Source: an uncultured Candidatus Rokubacteria bacterium (GTDB lineage Bacteria > Methylomirabilota > Methylomirabilia > Rokubacteriales > DASRDR01). From it: a stretch of 64,000 nucleotides of DNA. The notes below the pieces were generated by a model that saw only the letters and a program-made list of their open reading frames with translations, made no database searches and was not told the DNA's origin. Both the position numbers and the translations under genes were made by a program. Location of the stretch: NCBI GenBank assembly GCA_963805625.1, contig CAWDVE010000010.1, positions 960,001 through 1,024,000 on the forward strand, in the 5' to 3' direction. Below, one piece after another: positions 40,282 through 50,245 of this stretch. The first letter of the stretch is position 1; every line of letters begins with the position of its first letter.

Positions 40282-42690
40282 TCAGCGGGGCAACGACGCT
40301 TGGCCCGCCTCCCGGACGGCCTCTCCGACCTCAGCAGCCGGCGCCGACACGTCGATCCCGACCCGGAGCGCCCGCAGACCGTGGACGCCCTGGAGTTCCT
40401 CGAGCGCATGGTCTTCGATCTCGCCGGTCACGTAGCCCCGCGCGCTCAAGTATTCGAGGTACCCCCGGTACTCGGCCGCCTCGGCCGGCTGCGAGTACAC
40501 GATCGCCAGCTGGCGCGGCTGCGTGATCCGCTCGTGCGTTCCCCGCACCAGCGCTTTGTCGATCCGCTTCTTGATGACCTCGTAGCGGACGTTGTAGGCG
40601 CCGTCGACGTCGAAGCGCCGCTCGTCGAAGCGGAAACGGATCGACAGCGGCGTGTGGTGGGCGAGGACCAGGTGCGTCGTCGCGAGTGGCACGGCCAAGC
40701 GGGGCAGCACCGCCTCGGTCCGGCGCGCGATCCCGCATGTCACCATCAGCTGCCAGAGGCGCAGGTTCCGGAGGTACAGCTCGTCGAACCGGCCGTCCTC
40801 GACCAGACTCCCCCCGACGTAGATCGTGTGGTCCACCCCGTCGGTCCGCTGTCGCTCGAAGTAGTGCGGGAACATCGACTGGGCCAGCTCCTCCTCGGCG
40901 TCGAGGTATGCCGAGATCGTGTCGCTGACCAGCGTCATGCTCTCCTCGTAGTCGCGCCGCTGCCTGTACACGGTCCCGAGCTCGGGATCGAGTGTCACCC
41001 GGTAGGTCCCGAGACGTTCCCGCACGGCGGGACCGAAGTCGGCGAGCTGCTCGAAGAGCGGCTCGACGTGCTGCCGGAGGAACGCGAGCACCGCCACCTC
41101 GTCCCCCGAGGCGAGCGCCTGCTCGATCTGCCGAGCGTGCCGCTCGATCCGGTAGACGGTCTCGTCGAGGATCGGGAGCGGCCGGGCCGCCCGGGCCGCC
41201 TCGACGACTGCCAGGGCCAGGCGCAGGTGGACGCCCAGGTCCGCCTGGACCGCGAGGTTCCGCTGCACTGACGACCCGCGGATATCCGTCGCCGCGTAGA
41301 GCGGGTAGACGTCCCGGAAGACGATCGGCTCTAGCTCCGTGGCCTCCTCGCCCTCGTGCTCCTCGATGCTGTCGAGGACGGCGCGCCGGAAGCGCCACTC
41401 CACGGAGGGATGGATCGCGGTGCACTTCTCCTTGATCACGGCCTGCACGCGCGCCTCGAGCTCGTCGAGGCTGCGTCGCACCGCCATCGAGAATAACGGC
41501 AGCACCTCGCGGAGCTTGATCAGGCTCACAGGACTCAGATCACCGGCATTCGGGGAGCTCAGCTCGAGCGTGCCGATCGGCCGATCCTGGTAGTGCAGCG
41601 GCGCCACCAGGACGTTCCGGACCCCGTTGGCCAGGAGCGAGTCCTCGTACTGGGTCCGCCGCGGATCGTCGATAAGGTCGTCCAGGACGAGGGGGCGGCC
41701 CTGAGACACCGCCCGCTCGTGGACGGACCCGGCGAAGTCGCTCATCCTGAGGTGCTCGGTGTCCGCGAAGATGCACCCATGCTCGATCTCGCAGTTGTAG
41801 TTCAGGACGAAGACGCGCCCGTCGTGGAACGCGGCCAGGCCGAGGCGCACGGCCGGCCGCCGGAGGAGGGTCCGAAGCTTGTCCTCGAGCTCCTGGAACC
41901 GCTCGGTGGAGACGATCGACTCCTTGTCGATCAGGTCCCGCTCGATTGCGGAGAGCACCTCCTGGTCCGTCACGTCCGTCGCCCGCACCACGACGAACCC
42001 TGAGAACTCGAAGGTATCCGGCAAAAGCCGCTCCCCGAGAAGCTCGTGGCCCGCGCCGCCCCGGAGCACCCGCGCACGCGTCGCCTCGTCGAGGAGCGGG
42101 ATGGGGCGAAGCGCCCGCACCTCGAGGAACCGCGTGTCGAACTGGATGCGAAAATGCCGCTCGAGCCCGGAGTCCGGATCGCGCGCGGCGAGGATGAGCG
42201 GGTAGTCCACGTCGAGCGTCATGCCGTAGTGGGTGCGCAGGATGGCGTCATAGGCGTAGAGGAGCCGCCCGTGGGCGGCGCCCTCGGCGTCCAAGTTCAG
42301 CCACCCCTGGAGCGTCCTGTCCGCGTCGAGCAAGAGGCGCTGGAAGTTCGGCGTCGCGTGGACCGCGCGCAGCTGGAAGGGAACCGTGGCGGCGGCGTAA
42401 TCCTGCTCCCAGGACGCCGTCGGGAAGACGCGCGACATCAGGACCTCGACCAGCTCGCGGTGGCGCTCGAGCACCGAGGGGTCGTCGATCGAAGCCCGGA
42501 GCTCGGGCGCCCGCGTGAGCCCCTGGCAGACCGCCCGGGCGACGTCGCCCGCGATGCCCGGCTCGGCGGCCGCGCGCTCCCACGCGTCGACCAGCGGGGC
42601 GAGGCTCAGCTCGCGCCGGAACGGGAACGCCGTGGTTGGAAGCTCGAGCCTGAAGCGTGTCTGGGAAGCGGACGGAGTCGGCCGGTCCAT
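40282..42690 (-). CDS. Large GAF-domain protein with putative divergent cyclase-like C-terminus
   Basis: 802-aa ORF, GGAGG RBS; GAF motif GVRNVLVAPL..PIGTLEL; see findings. Confidence 0.75.
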   Translation of the reverse strand: MDRPTPSASQTRFRLELPTTAFPFRRELSLAPLVDAWERAAAEPGIAGDVARAVCQGLTRAPELRASIDDPSVLERHRELVEVLMSRVFPTASWEQDYAAATVPFQLRAVHATPNFQRLLLDADRTLQGWLNLDAEGAAHGRLLYAYDAILRTHYGMTLDVDYPLILAARDPDSGLERHFRIQFDTRFLEVRALRPIPLLDEATRARVLRGGAGHELLGERLLPDTFEFSGFVVVRATDVTDQEVLSAIERDLIDKESIVSTERFQELEDKLRTLLRRPAVRLGLAAFHDGRVFVLNYNCEIEHGCIFADTEHLRMSDFAGSVHERAVSQGRPLVLDDLIDDPRRTQYEDSLLANGVRNVLVAPLHYQDRPIGTLELSSPNAGDLSPVSLIKLREVLPLFSMAVRRSLDELEARVQAVIKEKCTAIHPSVEWRFRRAVLDSIEEHEGEEATELEPIVFRDVYPLYAATDIRGSSVQRNLAVQADLGVHLRLALAVVEAARAARPLPILDETVYRIERHARQIEQALASGDEVAVLAFLRQHVEPLFEQLADFGPAVRERLGTYRVTLDPELGTVYRQRRDYEESMTLVSDTISAYLDAEEELAQSMFPHYFERQRTDGVDHTIYVGGSLVEDGRFDELYLRNLRLWQLMVTCGIARRTEAVLPRLAVPLATTHLVLAHHTPLSIRFRFDERRFDVDGAYNVRYEVIKKRIDKALVRGTHERITQPRQLAIVYSQPAEAAEYRGYLEYLSARGYVTGEIEDHALEELQGVHGLRALRVGIDVSAPAAEVGEAVREAGQASLPR

Positions 42691-42825
42691 GAGACCTCCG
42701 CGGCGCCGCCCGCAAGGACGACCGCCGCCCTGATCTGGCGCGGCACCCCGCGCCGGCGGGGCAGCCCCACGCTTCTCAGGCTATCACGCCTCGCAACGAG
42801 GGTCCGGAGAGACGGGTGGGGTCCG

Positions 42826-44370
42826 TCAGAGGCCGCGCTCGAGGAAGATGGGCGCCATCAGGTTGTCCGCGGGCGCGTAGTCGTCGGTCAGCACGACGGG
42901 ATTGGCCCTCCGCAGCCAGTCCTCCAGGGCATCCGCCGGCATGACACCGACCGCGGTTTCTCCGTCGGGCCCCCGCTCCGGAATCGCCCTGAGCCGGCCG
43001 AGGTCGAGCGCCGTCGCGCTCGCGGCGACCACGTAGGTCCGCGCCCGCGGCACCAGGGTGCCGCCCACGTCCGAGAGCACGTACACATGGGGGAAGACGT
43101 CCCGGAGCGTGCGCACGACGGAAGCCATGAACCGGCCTCCACGCATCCTGTCGATCACCAGCGCCAGGTAGAGGCCATCCGGCTTCAGCAGACCGCGCAC
43201 CTTCTGCGCGAACTCGCGCGTCGCCAGGTGATACGGGACCTGGTAGTCGTTGAATGCGTCTCCGAATACGAGATCGTACGTCGCGGTTCCCTGCTTGGCC
43301 TCCACCACCTCACGGGCGTCCCTGTTGTGGGTGACCACCCGCGTGGTCGGGCTCAGCCCCAGCATCTCGCCCGCCGTCATGGTGACCCCGGGATCGATCT
43401 CGACGACCTCGAGGACGGCGTCAGGGTAGGTCACCTCCATGTACCGCGGCAGCGTGTAGCCCCCGCCCCCCACGAAGAACGCCCGGAGCTGCGGCGACCT
43501 CTGGGCAGCGTAGGCCGTGAGTGCCGCGTACGTCCTCAGGTAGGGGTAGTGGAGCCGCGTGGGGTCCTCGATCGAGTTGTAGCTGTGGATCAGCCGGTCG
43601 AGCGACAGGACCTGGTACACGTGGCCGTCCGCCTCCCGCTCGGAGCTCACCCGGATGCAGTAGTAGCTCGTCTCCCGGTGGCACCAGGCGTCCAGGGCGC
43701 CGCGGAGGTGGATCTGTCCCAGGGTCACGATCAGGAGGAGGACCAGCAGGGCGTCCACGACCCGCGGCCAGCCCGCCCGGCGAAAGAACTCGCCGGTCCC
43801 CCCCGCTAGGCCGATCAGGATCAGACCCACGCCGAAGATGACGGGCTTCGTGCCGAGCCAGGGGATCAGCAGGAAGCCTGTGAGGAAGGTCCCTGCGATG
43901 CTGCCGAGCGTCGACCACGCGTAGATGCGCCCGACGACGTGACCGGCGCGCCCGAGATCCGCGAGAGTGAGTTTCACCACGACTGGCGACACCATGCCAA
44001 GGAGGGCGCTCGGCACGAAGAACAGGAGCCCGGTGAGGAGCACGATCCGAACGACGACCGGAAGGCCCCGCGGCACGAGCCCCAGTAGGTCGGTCGTTGT
44101 GAACGGCAGGATGGCGAGGCTCACCACTCCGCCCGCCGCCAGGAGGAGCCCGAGAGTCCGCCGGGACCCGGCCAGATCCGCCACGAGGCCGCCCAGATAG
44201 TTGCCGAGCGCGATGCCCGCCAGCACCACGCCGATGATGCTGGTCCAGGTGTAGAGGGAGACGCCGAGGTACGGGGCGAGCAAGCGAGCGGCGGCGATCT
44301 CGAGGACGAGGGCGCAGGCGCTCGCGACGAAGACGACGCCGTACGCCGTCCACGCGCCCCAGCGGATCAC
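42826..44370 (-). CDS. Fused membrane domain / spermidine-synthase-like methyltransferase
   Basis: LEI..RLLAPYLG.S..TW, YAWSTLGSI.GTF; VGGGGY, VEIDP, DLVFGDAF, LTDDYAP. Confidence 0.88.
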   Translation of the reverse strand: MIRWGAWTAYGVVFVASACALVLEIAAARLLAPYLGVSLYTWTSIIGVVLAGIALGNYLGGLVADLAGSRRTLGLLLAAGGVVSLAILPFTTTDLLGLVPRGLPVVVRIVLLTGLLFFVPSALLGMVSPVVVKLTLADLGRAGHVVGRIYAWSTLGSIAGTFLTGFLLIPWLGTKPVIFGVGLILIGLAGGTGEFFRRAGWPRVVDALLVLLLIVTLGQIHLRGALDAWCHRETSYYCIRVSSEREADGHVYQVLSLDRLIHSYNSIEDPTRLHYPYLRTYAALTAYAAQRSPQLRAFFVGGGGYTLPRYMEVTYPDAVLEVVEIDPGVTMTAGEMLGLSPTTRVVTHNRDAREVVEAKQGTATYDLVFGDAFNDYQVPYHLATREFAQKVRGLLKPDGLYLALVIDRMRGGRFMASVVRTLRDVFPHVYVLSDVGGTLVPRARTYVVAASATALDLGRLRAIPERGPDGETAVGVMPADALEDWLRRANPVVLTDDYAPADNLMAPIFLERGL

Positions 44371-45491
44371 GCGGTCCGGGCTCGCCGCGGGAGTCCCGCG
44401 AGGACGACCCGCGCCTCCCGGACGATCCTCTCGACCACCTCGCTGGCGCCGGGCAGGTCGCGCACGAGACCCACGCCCTGGCCCGCCAGCATCGGGAAGT
44501 ACTCTCCCTCTCTGCGCCGTCGGGCCTCCTCGATGACGTCCTGAGCGGCCCGCGTCTGGAGCAGCGGTGGCAGGACCGGCACGCCCGACGCCTGGTACTC
44601 GGCGGTGTAGGTGTTGCGAAGCGTGCGCAGCCACAACCCCGAGAACGCGTCGGTGACCGTCGTGTCGTCCCCCTCCCGCTCGAGGAGCGACTTCTTCCAG
44701 AATTCCGGCGCCATGGATTCCCGCGTCGCCACGAACCGGGTGCCGAGCAGGATGCCCACCGCCCCGAGGGCGAGCGCGGCGACCAGGCCGCGCCCGTCGG
44801 AGATGCCGCCCGCAGCCACGACGGGCATCTGAACCGCGTCGACGATCTGGGGCACGAGCGCCATCGTCCCGACGCTGGCGGCGTCGGGCGAGGGCCGTTT
44901 CACCCACGTGGAGCGATGGCCGCCGGCCTCGCCGCCCTGGGCGACGATCGCGTCGACGCCCGACGCGGCGACCGCCCGCGCGTCTTCCACCGTCGCCACC
45001 ATGGCGACCACCTTGATCCCCTGTGCCCGGCAGCGGGCCACGAGGTCCGGGCCAGGATCGCCGAGCCCGATGCTGAAGACCGGCGGGCGCTCCTCGAGGA
45101 TCACCTCGAGCTGCGCCGAGATGATGTCGGGCACGGCCCCGGGCCGCTCGGCCCGGGGCGGGAGCCCGAGCTGGACGCGGAACCCATTGAGCACCGAATG
45201 GACGGCGGCCAGCCGGTCGTCGGAGATCGTCGCCGGATCGGCGGGTGGACGGAGCTCCTTGTGAAGCCACAGGTTGACGCCGAACGGGCGGTCGGTCAGC
45301 TCGCGCACGTGGCGAATCCGGCTTCGCAGTTCCTCGGGGGGTACGGTCAGGCCGGCCAGGACCCCCAGGCCGCCGGCGCGTGACACCTCGGCGACGAGGT
45401 CCGGCCCGGCGATGCTTCCCATGCCGGACTGGATGACCGGATACTCGATCCCGAGCAGATCGCACAGGGCCGTCCGCAGGACGTCCCGCAT
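44367..45491 (-). CDS. Nitronate monooxygenase / FabK-like flavoenzyme
   Basis: PVIQSGMG, QGGEAGGH, AAGGISDGRG, GTRF, AGQG. Confidence 0.9.
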   Translation of the reverse strand: MRDVLRTALCDLLGIEYPVIQSGMGSIAGPDLVAEVSRAGGLGVLAGLTVPPEELRSRIRHVRELTDRPFGVNLWLHKELRPPADPATISDDRLAAVHSVLNGFRVQLGLPPRAERPGAVPDIISAQLEVILEERPPVFSIGLGDPGPDLVARCRAQGIKVVAMVATVEDARAVAASGVDAIVAQGGEAGGHRSTWVKRPSPDAASVGTMALVPQIVDAVQMPVVAAGGISDGRGLVAALALGAVGILLGTRFVATRESMAPEFWKKSLLEREGDDTTVTDAFSGLWLRTLRNTYTAEYQASGVPVLPPLLQTRAAQDVIEEARRRREGEYFPMLAGQGVGLVRDLPGASEVVERIVREARVVLAGLPRRARTA

Positions 45492-45504
45492 GCTGGGCCT
45501 CCTC

Positions 45505-46122
45505 TCAGGCGCTCGGCGCGTGGCTCCTCGCGTCACCGCAGGCGAGCGCGCCGGCTAGCATCCCGAACGCGACCAGCGTCAGCCCCACGGAGAGGATGAT
45601 GGCCCGCGTCCCGAAATGCGCGATCAGGACGAACCCTGTCAGGAACGTGCCAACGAGGCTGCCGACGGTCGACGCGGCATAGACCCGCCCCACCACCTTC
45701 CCGGCCTGGCCGAGGTCGTCCAGCACGTGCTTGATGGCCACGGGTGGGACCATTCCGAGCAGGACGCTCGGCAGGAAGAAGAGCAGGGTCGTGAGCAGCA
45801 CGATACGGAAGACGAGCGGGTAGCTTCGGGGCGCGAGGGTCCCGAGACCGTTCGCCAGGGGCAGCACGGCGACGCTCGCCAGCCCGCCGGCGGCAAGGAG
45901 GATCGCGAGCATCCGGGCGGGCCCCGCGCGGTCGGCCAGCACGCCACCCAGGTAGTTTCCGAGCGAGATGCCGGCGAGGACGACGCCAATGATGCTGGTC
46001 CAGGTGTGAATCGACACGCCGACAAACGGGGCCAGGACGCGGCCGGCCACGAGCTCGAGAATGAGGGTGCACCCGCTCGCGATTAGAACAATCAGGTACG
46101 ACACCCAGGTCCGCTCAACCAC
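45505..46122 (-). CDS. Stand-alone or truncated membrane domain of spermidine-synthase-like fusion
   Basis: Clearly similar to the N-terminal ~200 aa of 42826-44370; no catalytic domain. Confidence 0.75.
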   Translation of the reverse strand: MVERTWVSYLIVLIASGCTLILELVAGRVLAPFVGVSIHTWTSIIGVVLAGISLGNYLGGVLADRAGPARMLAILLAAGGLASVAVLPLANGLGTLAPRSYPLVFRIVLLTTLLFFLPSVLLGMVPPVAIKHVLDDLGQAGKVVGRVYAASTVGSLVGTFLTGFVLIAHFGTRAIILSVGLTLVAFGMLAGALACGDARSHAPSA

Positions 46123-46221
46123 GCCGTCCCCTTCCCCGGTCCCCGCGCCGCGGCGGCCATCGCCGGGACGTGGAGAGGCCGCCGTCTCATCACGCGCCGG
46201 CCACCCCGCGCCTTCCCGCCC

Positions 46222-47685
46222 TCACCAGAGGAGGATGACGTAGCCCGGGCCGCCGGGGAGTCCCGGGCGCCCCGCATCGCCTCCGGCGCCGCCGGCACCG
46301 GTGCGTGGCGGCGGCTCAACGCTTCCGCGCGCGGCGGCACCACTGGTCCCCCCGCGGCCGGGGGACAGACAGGTCGAGGGCGACAGCGGAGCCGGCCGAC
46401 AGACCTCGCCCGGCGCGCCGTCGATTCCGTCCCGCCCGATCCCCAGCGCGACCTCGGCGCGGCCACCGCGGCCGCCGGCGCCAGGCCCGCCGTCCGGCCG
46501 CGCTGGACGGCCACCGTGACCGGCTCGCACCGAGATCAGCACGGTCCCCGTGATGGCATCGCGGAGCTGTGTATCACGTCCGTCCCCGCCCCCGCTGGGG
46601 TCAGGCTGGCCCCCGTCGCCCACGACGAGGTCGTACGTCGTCCCAGGTACGACCGCCAGCACGACGCGCTGGTACGCTCCGGCACCGCCGCCGCCACCGC
46701 CGCCCTGGGCGCCTGGCGAGCCTGGCCCACCAGCTCCCCCGGCCCCCCAGACCTCCATCATCACGCGTGTCACACCGGCAGGCGCCGTCCAGGTCCCGCT
46801 TGCTCGATACTCACGCAACCCGCCGATCGGCGCGGATGGCAACACGGGCCCCGCGACCGCCGCAGTCTGTGCTGGCGCCACCGCCAGCGATCCAGGTCGG
46901 CTGTCCACTCCACGAGGCCCCGCTGGACCAGCAGGGCCGGCAAAGCCCGGTAGACCTGCCGGACCCGCCGGACCCGGTGGACCCGATGGACCTGCCGGAC
47001 CCGCCGGACCACGCACGCCCGCGGGACCCTGGAGCCCGGCCGAGCCTGCGGGTCCCGGTGGGCCCGGTGGCCCGGCTGCCCCGGTGGCCCTCAGCGTGAT
47101 CTCGAGCTCCGGCTCATGACTCGTCGCCGCGTTCTCCTTGCTGTCGAACTCCACGGAGACGCCGGCCGCGTTCGGCATCAGTACGAGACCGTTGTTCTCG
47201 AGCGTCCGGTCGAGCCACTCCTGGACGAGCTCGGTCACGTCCACCACCAGGAAGTGATTCCGATCCTGCGGCGAGACGGGGATGCCCATCAGCTCGTCTC
47301 GGCCCCGGCCAGGAGCGTTCGCTGCCGTGAGCGTGCCCTCGCTCCATCCGCCGCGCACGGAGTGGACGTCCAACAAGCCGCCACGGGTCACCTTGGCTAC
47401 CCACAGCCTGAGAACGGCCCGGGCGACGTCGGCACCCCGGGTGCCGGCAGGCAGGGTCGTCAGGTCGAAGCGCACGAAGGCCTGAGCGGCGGCCGGGCCC
47501 GGGCCCTGGACCAGGAGCGTCGGCGCCGAGCCGAAGTTCGCCGTCCGGGCGGACTGGGACGTGTGCGCGTCGTCGCTCAGGCGTGCCAGCACGGCGGCCG
47601 CCGGCGCGGGCAGCCCGCCGACGATGGCCACGACGAGCAACGGCGCACCCGTGGCGCGCAGGGTTCTCCAGACGGTCGTTCGCAC
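46222..47685 (-). CDS. Secreted DNRLRE-domain / collagen-like / glycine-rich protein
   Basis: AAGGAGG RBS + GTG; signal-like N-terminus; [29 protein letters not shown]; 20 GXY triplets; [16 protein letters not shown]. Confidence 0.78.
   Translation of the reverse strand: MRTTVWRTLRATGAPLLVVAIVGGLPAPAAAVLARLSDDAHTSQSARTANFGSAPTLLVQGPGPAAAQAFVRFDLTTLPAGTRGADVARAVLRLWVAKVTRGGLLDVHSVRGGWSEGTLTAANAPGRGRDELMGIPVSPQDRNHFLVVDVTELVQEWLDRTLENNGLVLMPNAAGVSVEFDSKENAATSHEPELEITLRATGAAGPPGPPGPAGSAGLQGPAGVRGPAGPAGPSGPPGPAGPAGLPGFAGPAGPAGPRGVDSRPGSLAVAPAQTAAVAGPVLPSAPIGGLREYRASGTWTAPAGVTRVMMEVWGAGGAGGPGSPGAQGGGGGGGAGAYQRVVLAVVPGTTYDLVVGDGGQPDPSGGGDGRDTQLRDAITGTVLISVRAGHGGRPARPDGGPGAGGRGGRAEVALGIGRDGIDGAPGEVCRPAPLSPSTCLSPGRGGTSGAAARGSVEPPPRTGAGGAGGDAGRPGLPGGPGYVILLW
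46903..47082 (-). repeat. Collagen-like (GXY)20 coding repeat
   Basis: [12 protein letters not shown]...GPRGVD, counted from the translation. Confidence 0.9.
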
Positions 47686-47995
47686 CAGGATCCTCCTTGA
47701 CTGCGATTCCAATCCGCGGGACGGCGCGGCCAGCGCTGGCTCAAAGGCAGGATAGGGTACGGCTCCGGCCCTGGCAACCGTCGCGTGCCTTAAGAGCGAG
47801 ATCTCTTCTGCCCGGGAAGTCGAAGCATTCGAGCCGTGACACCGGGCTCACGAGGAGTCGGGTCCGGGATATCGCCGCCATGCCGGCGCAACAGCACGCT
47901 TCATTGCTGGCCTTGCCGGACCAGGCGCCGTGCTCTACGCTCACGCCGTACCGGTGGAGCGGGGCATCCCGCCGCCCGCACCCGAGGGGGTTCGC

Positions 47996-48757
47996 ATGAA
48001 GCTCCGTGACAAGGTGGCGCTGGTGACGGGCGCCGGATCCGGCATCGGCCGGGCCGCGGCACTGCTCTTCGCGCACGAGGGTGGCCGCGTGGCCGTCGTG
48101 GACCTCCGCGAGGACGCCGCCAGGGACACGGCCGAAGCGATCGAGCGTGCCGGGGGGCAGGCGCTCGCGCTGCGCGCGGACGTGAGCCGGAACGCGGACA
48201 ACGAGTCGGCCGTCGCCACCACCGTGGCGCGATGGGGGCGCCTGGACGTCTTCTATGCCAACGCGGGCGTCCCCCAGGCACCGACACCGGTCGAGGACGT
48301 CGACGAGGCGACTTTCGATCGCATCATGGCGGTCAACGTCAAGGGTGTCTTCTTCGGCGCGAAGCACGCGGCGCCGGTCATGAAGCGGCAGCGCGCCGGC
48401 GTCATCCTGGTGACCGCCTCGACGTCCGCCATCCGCCCGCGACCGGGAGTGCAGACCTACTCGGCCTCGAAGGGCGCGGTCGTCGCCCTGACGAAGAGCC
48501 TCGCTCTCGAGCTCGCTCCGTTCGGCGTCCGGGCCGTCGCGATCGCCCCCGTGGCAACGGAGACGCCGATGCTGCCGCGTTTCTCGGGCAAGGAGCGGGT
48601 GGACGAGGACCTCCTCCGGAAGTATCTGCCCACAATCCCTCTCGGGAGACTCAACACGCCCGAGGACGTAGCCCGGACCGCGCTCTTCCTCGCGTCCGAC
48701 GACGCGGCGATGATCACCGGGGCCTGCGTCGAGGTCGACGGGGGTCGTTGCATCTGA
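47996..48757 (+). CDS. SDR oxidoreductase
   Basis: TGAGSGIG, NAG, YSASK, DGG. Confidence 0.93.
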   Translation: MKLRDKVALVTGAGSGIGRAAALLFAHEGGRVAVVDLREDAARDTAEAIERAGGQALALRADVSRNADNESAVATTVARWGRLDVFYANAGVPQAPTPVEDVDEATFDRIMAVNVKGVFFGAKHAAPVMKRQRAGVILVTASTSAIRPRPGVQTYSASKGAVVALTKSLALELAPFGVRAVAIAPVATETPMLPRFSGKERVDEDLLRKYLPTIPLGRLNTPEDVARTALFLASDDAAMITGACVEVDGGRCI

Positions 48758-48962
48758 CCTCCACCCTATTTCTCCGGTACATCCTTCCCGGGAGAGTTCG
48801 ACCCCTTTCGCACCAGCCACGCGTCAGGCCAGGCTCGATAGAATTCGTCATCGGCCTCATCAAATCGATAGGTTAGACGGGACAGTCTCAGCCATATCTC
48901 CAGACCATGGAATTCCTGGCTCCGCTCTTGGACGACACATAAGCCATCTTGAGATACCGTCA

Positions 48963-49199
48963 TTGCGCCCCGGCCACCAGCTTGGTTTCGCCGTGGGAGG
49001 TCTGCTCCTCGTGGTGGGGTCCCTCGTGGGCTGGAATCTGATCGTCGCCCGGCAGCTGACCGAGGCTCACCGGAGTGTGGTAGACGCGGCGATCCCCGCG
49101 ATGCGCCTCGAGGTCGGCCTCCTCGACCATAGCGCCTGGACTTCGAGCTGGAGCAGCGGAAAGGAAAGCCCTGACGGCGCGCACGTGGAGAGGCGATGA
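48963..49199 (+). pseudogene. Probable N-terminal fragment of a membrane sensor (histidine kinase-like)
   Basis: Single TM then RQLTEAHRSVVDAAIPAMRLEVGL, ending abruptly. Confidence 0.35.
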
Positions 49200-49242
49200 G
49201 CGTGCGGCAATGCGGCGGAGCGCAGGCCGCCCGGAGGATCAG

Positions 49243-49965
49243 ATGACCGCGGCCCGATCCCTCTGGCACGAGGCGCCCGACCTCCGCGAGTTCGAGGCCG
49301 GCGTCCTCGACACGCGACCCGGCATGGTGTTGCTGACCCGATCGGCCTTCTACCCGGGGGGCGGCGGGCAGCCCGCCGACCGCGGCGTCCTACGCTGGAC
49401 GGGCGGCGAGGTACAAGTGGAACGGCTCGAGGCGGATGGCGGTGCCCTCTGGCACGTCCTGGCGGAGCCCGTGGTGATCGAGGGGTCAGTCCTGGGTGTG
49501 GTGGACGCGGCGTTCCGGCAGCGGATGTGTCAGCTCCACACCGACCTCCACATCGTCAACGCGCTCGCCTTCCGGGCGTTCGACGGAGCGCTGGTGACGG
49601 GCGCCCAGATCGGGGACGACGGCACCGCCCGCATCGACCTCGATCTCCCGGGTGCTGACAACGACCGCGTGCGGGCGCTGGAGCCGGCGATCAACGACGC
49701 GATCCGACAGGATCTCGCCATCGGCCAGGTCTACGTGCCGGCCGACCTCGCCGGCCTCGAGCGCGGGCTACTGCGCAGCCGCTCGGTCACTCCCCCGCCC
49801 CAGGCCGACGGGACGATCCGGGTGATCGAGATCGCGGGGCTCGACCGCCAGGCGTGCGGCGGTACTCACCTCTCCTCGACCGGCCAGTCGCCGCCGGTAC
49901 GCATCCTCAAGGTCGACAACAAGGGACGCCACAACCGGCGGATCCGGATCGGCCTCGCCGACTGA
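49243..49965 (+). CDS. AlaX-type alanyl-tRNA editing protein
   Basis: FYPGGGGQPAD.G, HTDLH, ACGGTH. Confidence 0.9.
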   Translation: MTAARSLWHEAPDLREFEAGVLDTRPGMVLLTRSAFYPGGGGQPADRGVLRWTGGEVQVERLEADGGALWHVLAEPVVIEGSVLGVVDAAFRQRMCQLHTDLHIVNALAFRAFDGALVTGAQIGDDGTARIDLDLPGADNDRVRALEPAINDAIRQDLAIGQVYVPADLAGLERGLLRSRSVTPPPQADGTIRVIEIAGLDRQACGGTHLSSTGQSPPVRILKVDNKGRHNRRIRIGLAD

Positions 49966-49974
49966 AGGGCCGGG

Positions 49975-50230
49975 TCAGGCTCCAAGCCAGCCGCCGCGCG
50001 CGCGGGCCCGGGGACCGGTGAGCAGCCGCCGCACGTCGGTCGTGTAGGCCACCTCGCTGTCGTCCCGTGGCGCGTAGCCGAGGATGCGCCGGGCGCTCTC
50101 GAGCGACCAGAACGCGCGCGTGTTCCCGCTGATCCCGTACGCCACGAGCCACGGCACGCCGTCCAGGTTCCGCACGTCCCGTGTCGCGACCGCGCGCCGG
50201 ACGAGCTGCCGGAGGTCGTGGGTCGCGGTG
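49975..50230 (-). pseudogene. C-terminal fragment of NAD-dependent epimerase / uronate dehydrogenase-like gene
   Basis: DLRQL..YGISGNTRAFWSLESARRILGYAPRDDSE; no Rossmann N-terminus. Confidence 0.65.
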
Positions 50231-50236
50231 TACAAT
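50231..50236 (+). promoter_or_regulatory. Putative -10 box of near-leaderless miaB
   Basis: TACAAT 9 nt before the ATG, no SD. Confidence 0.45.
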
Positions 50237-50245
50237 CGGGCCGCC

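Noticed and set aside
47772-47792. Sigma-54 promoter for the collagen gene (GGCACG..TTGC on minus)
   Set aside because: GG to GC spacing is 12, not the required 10
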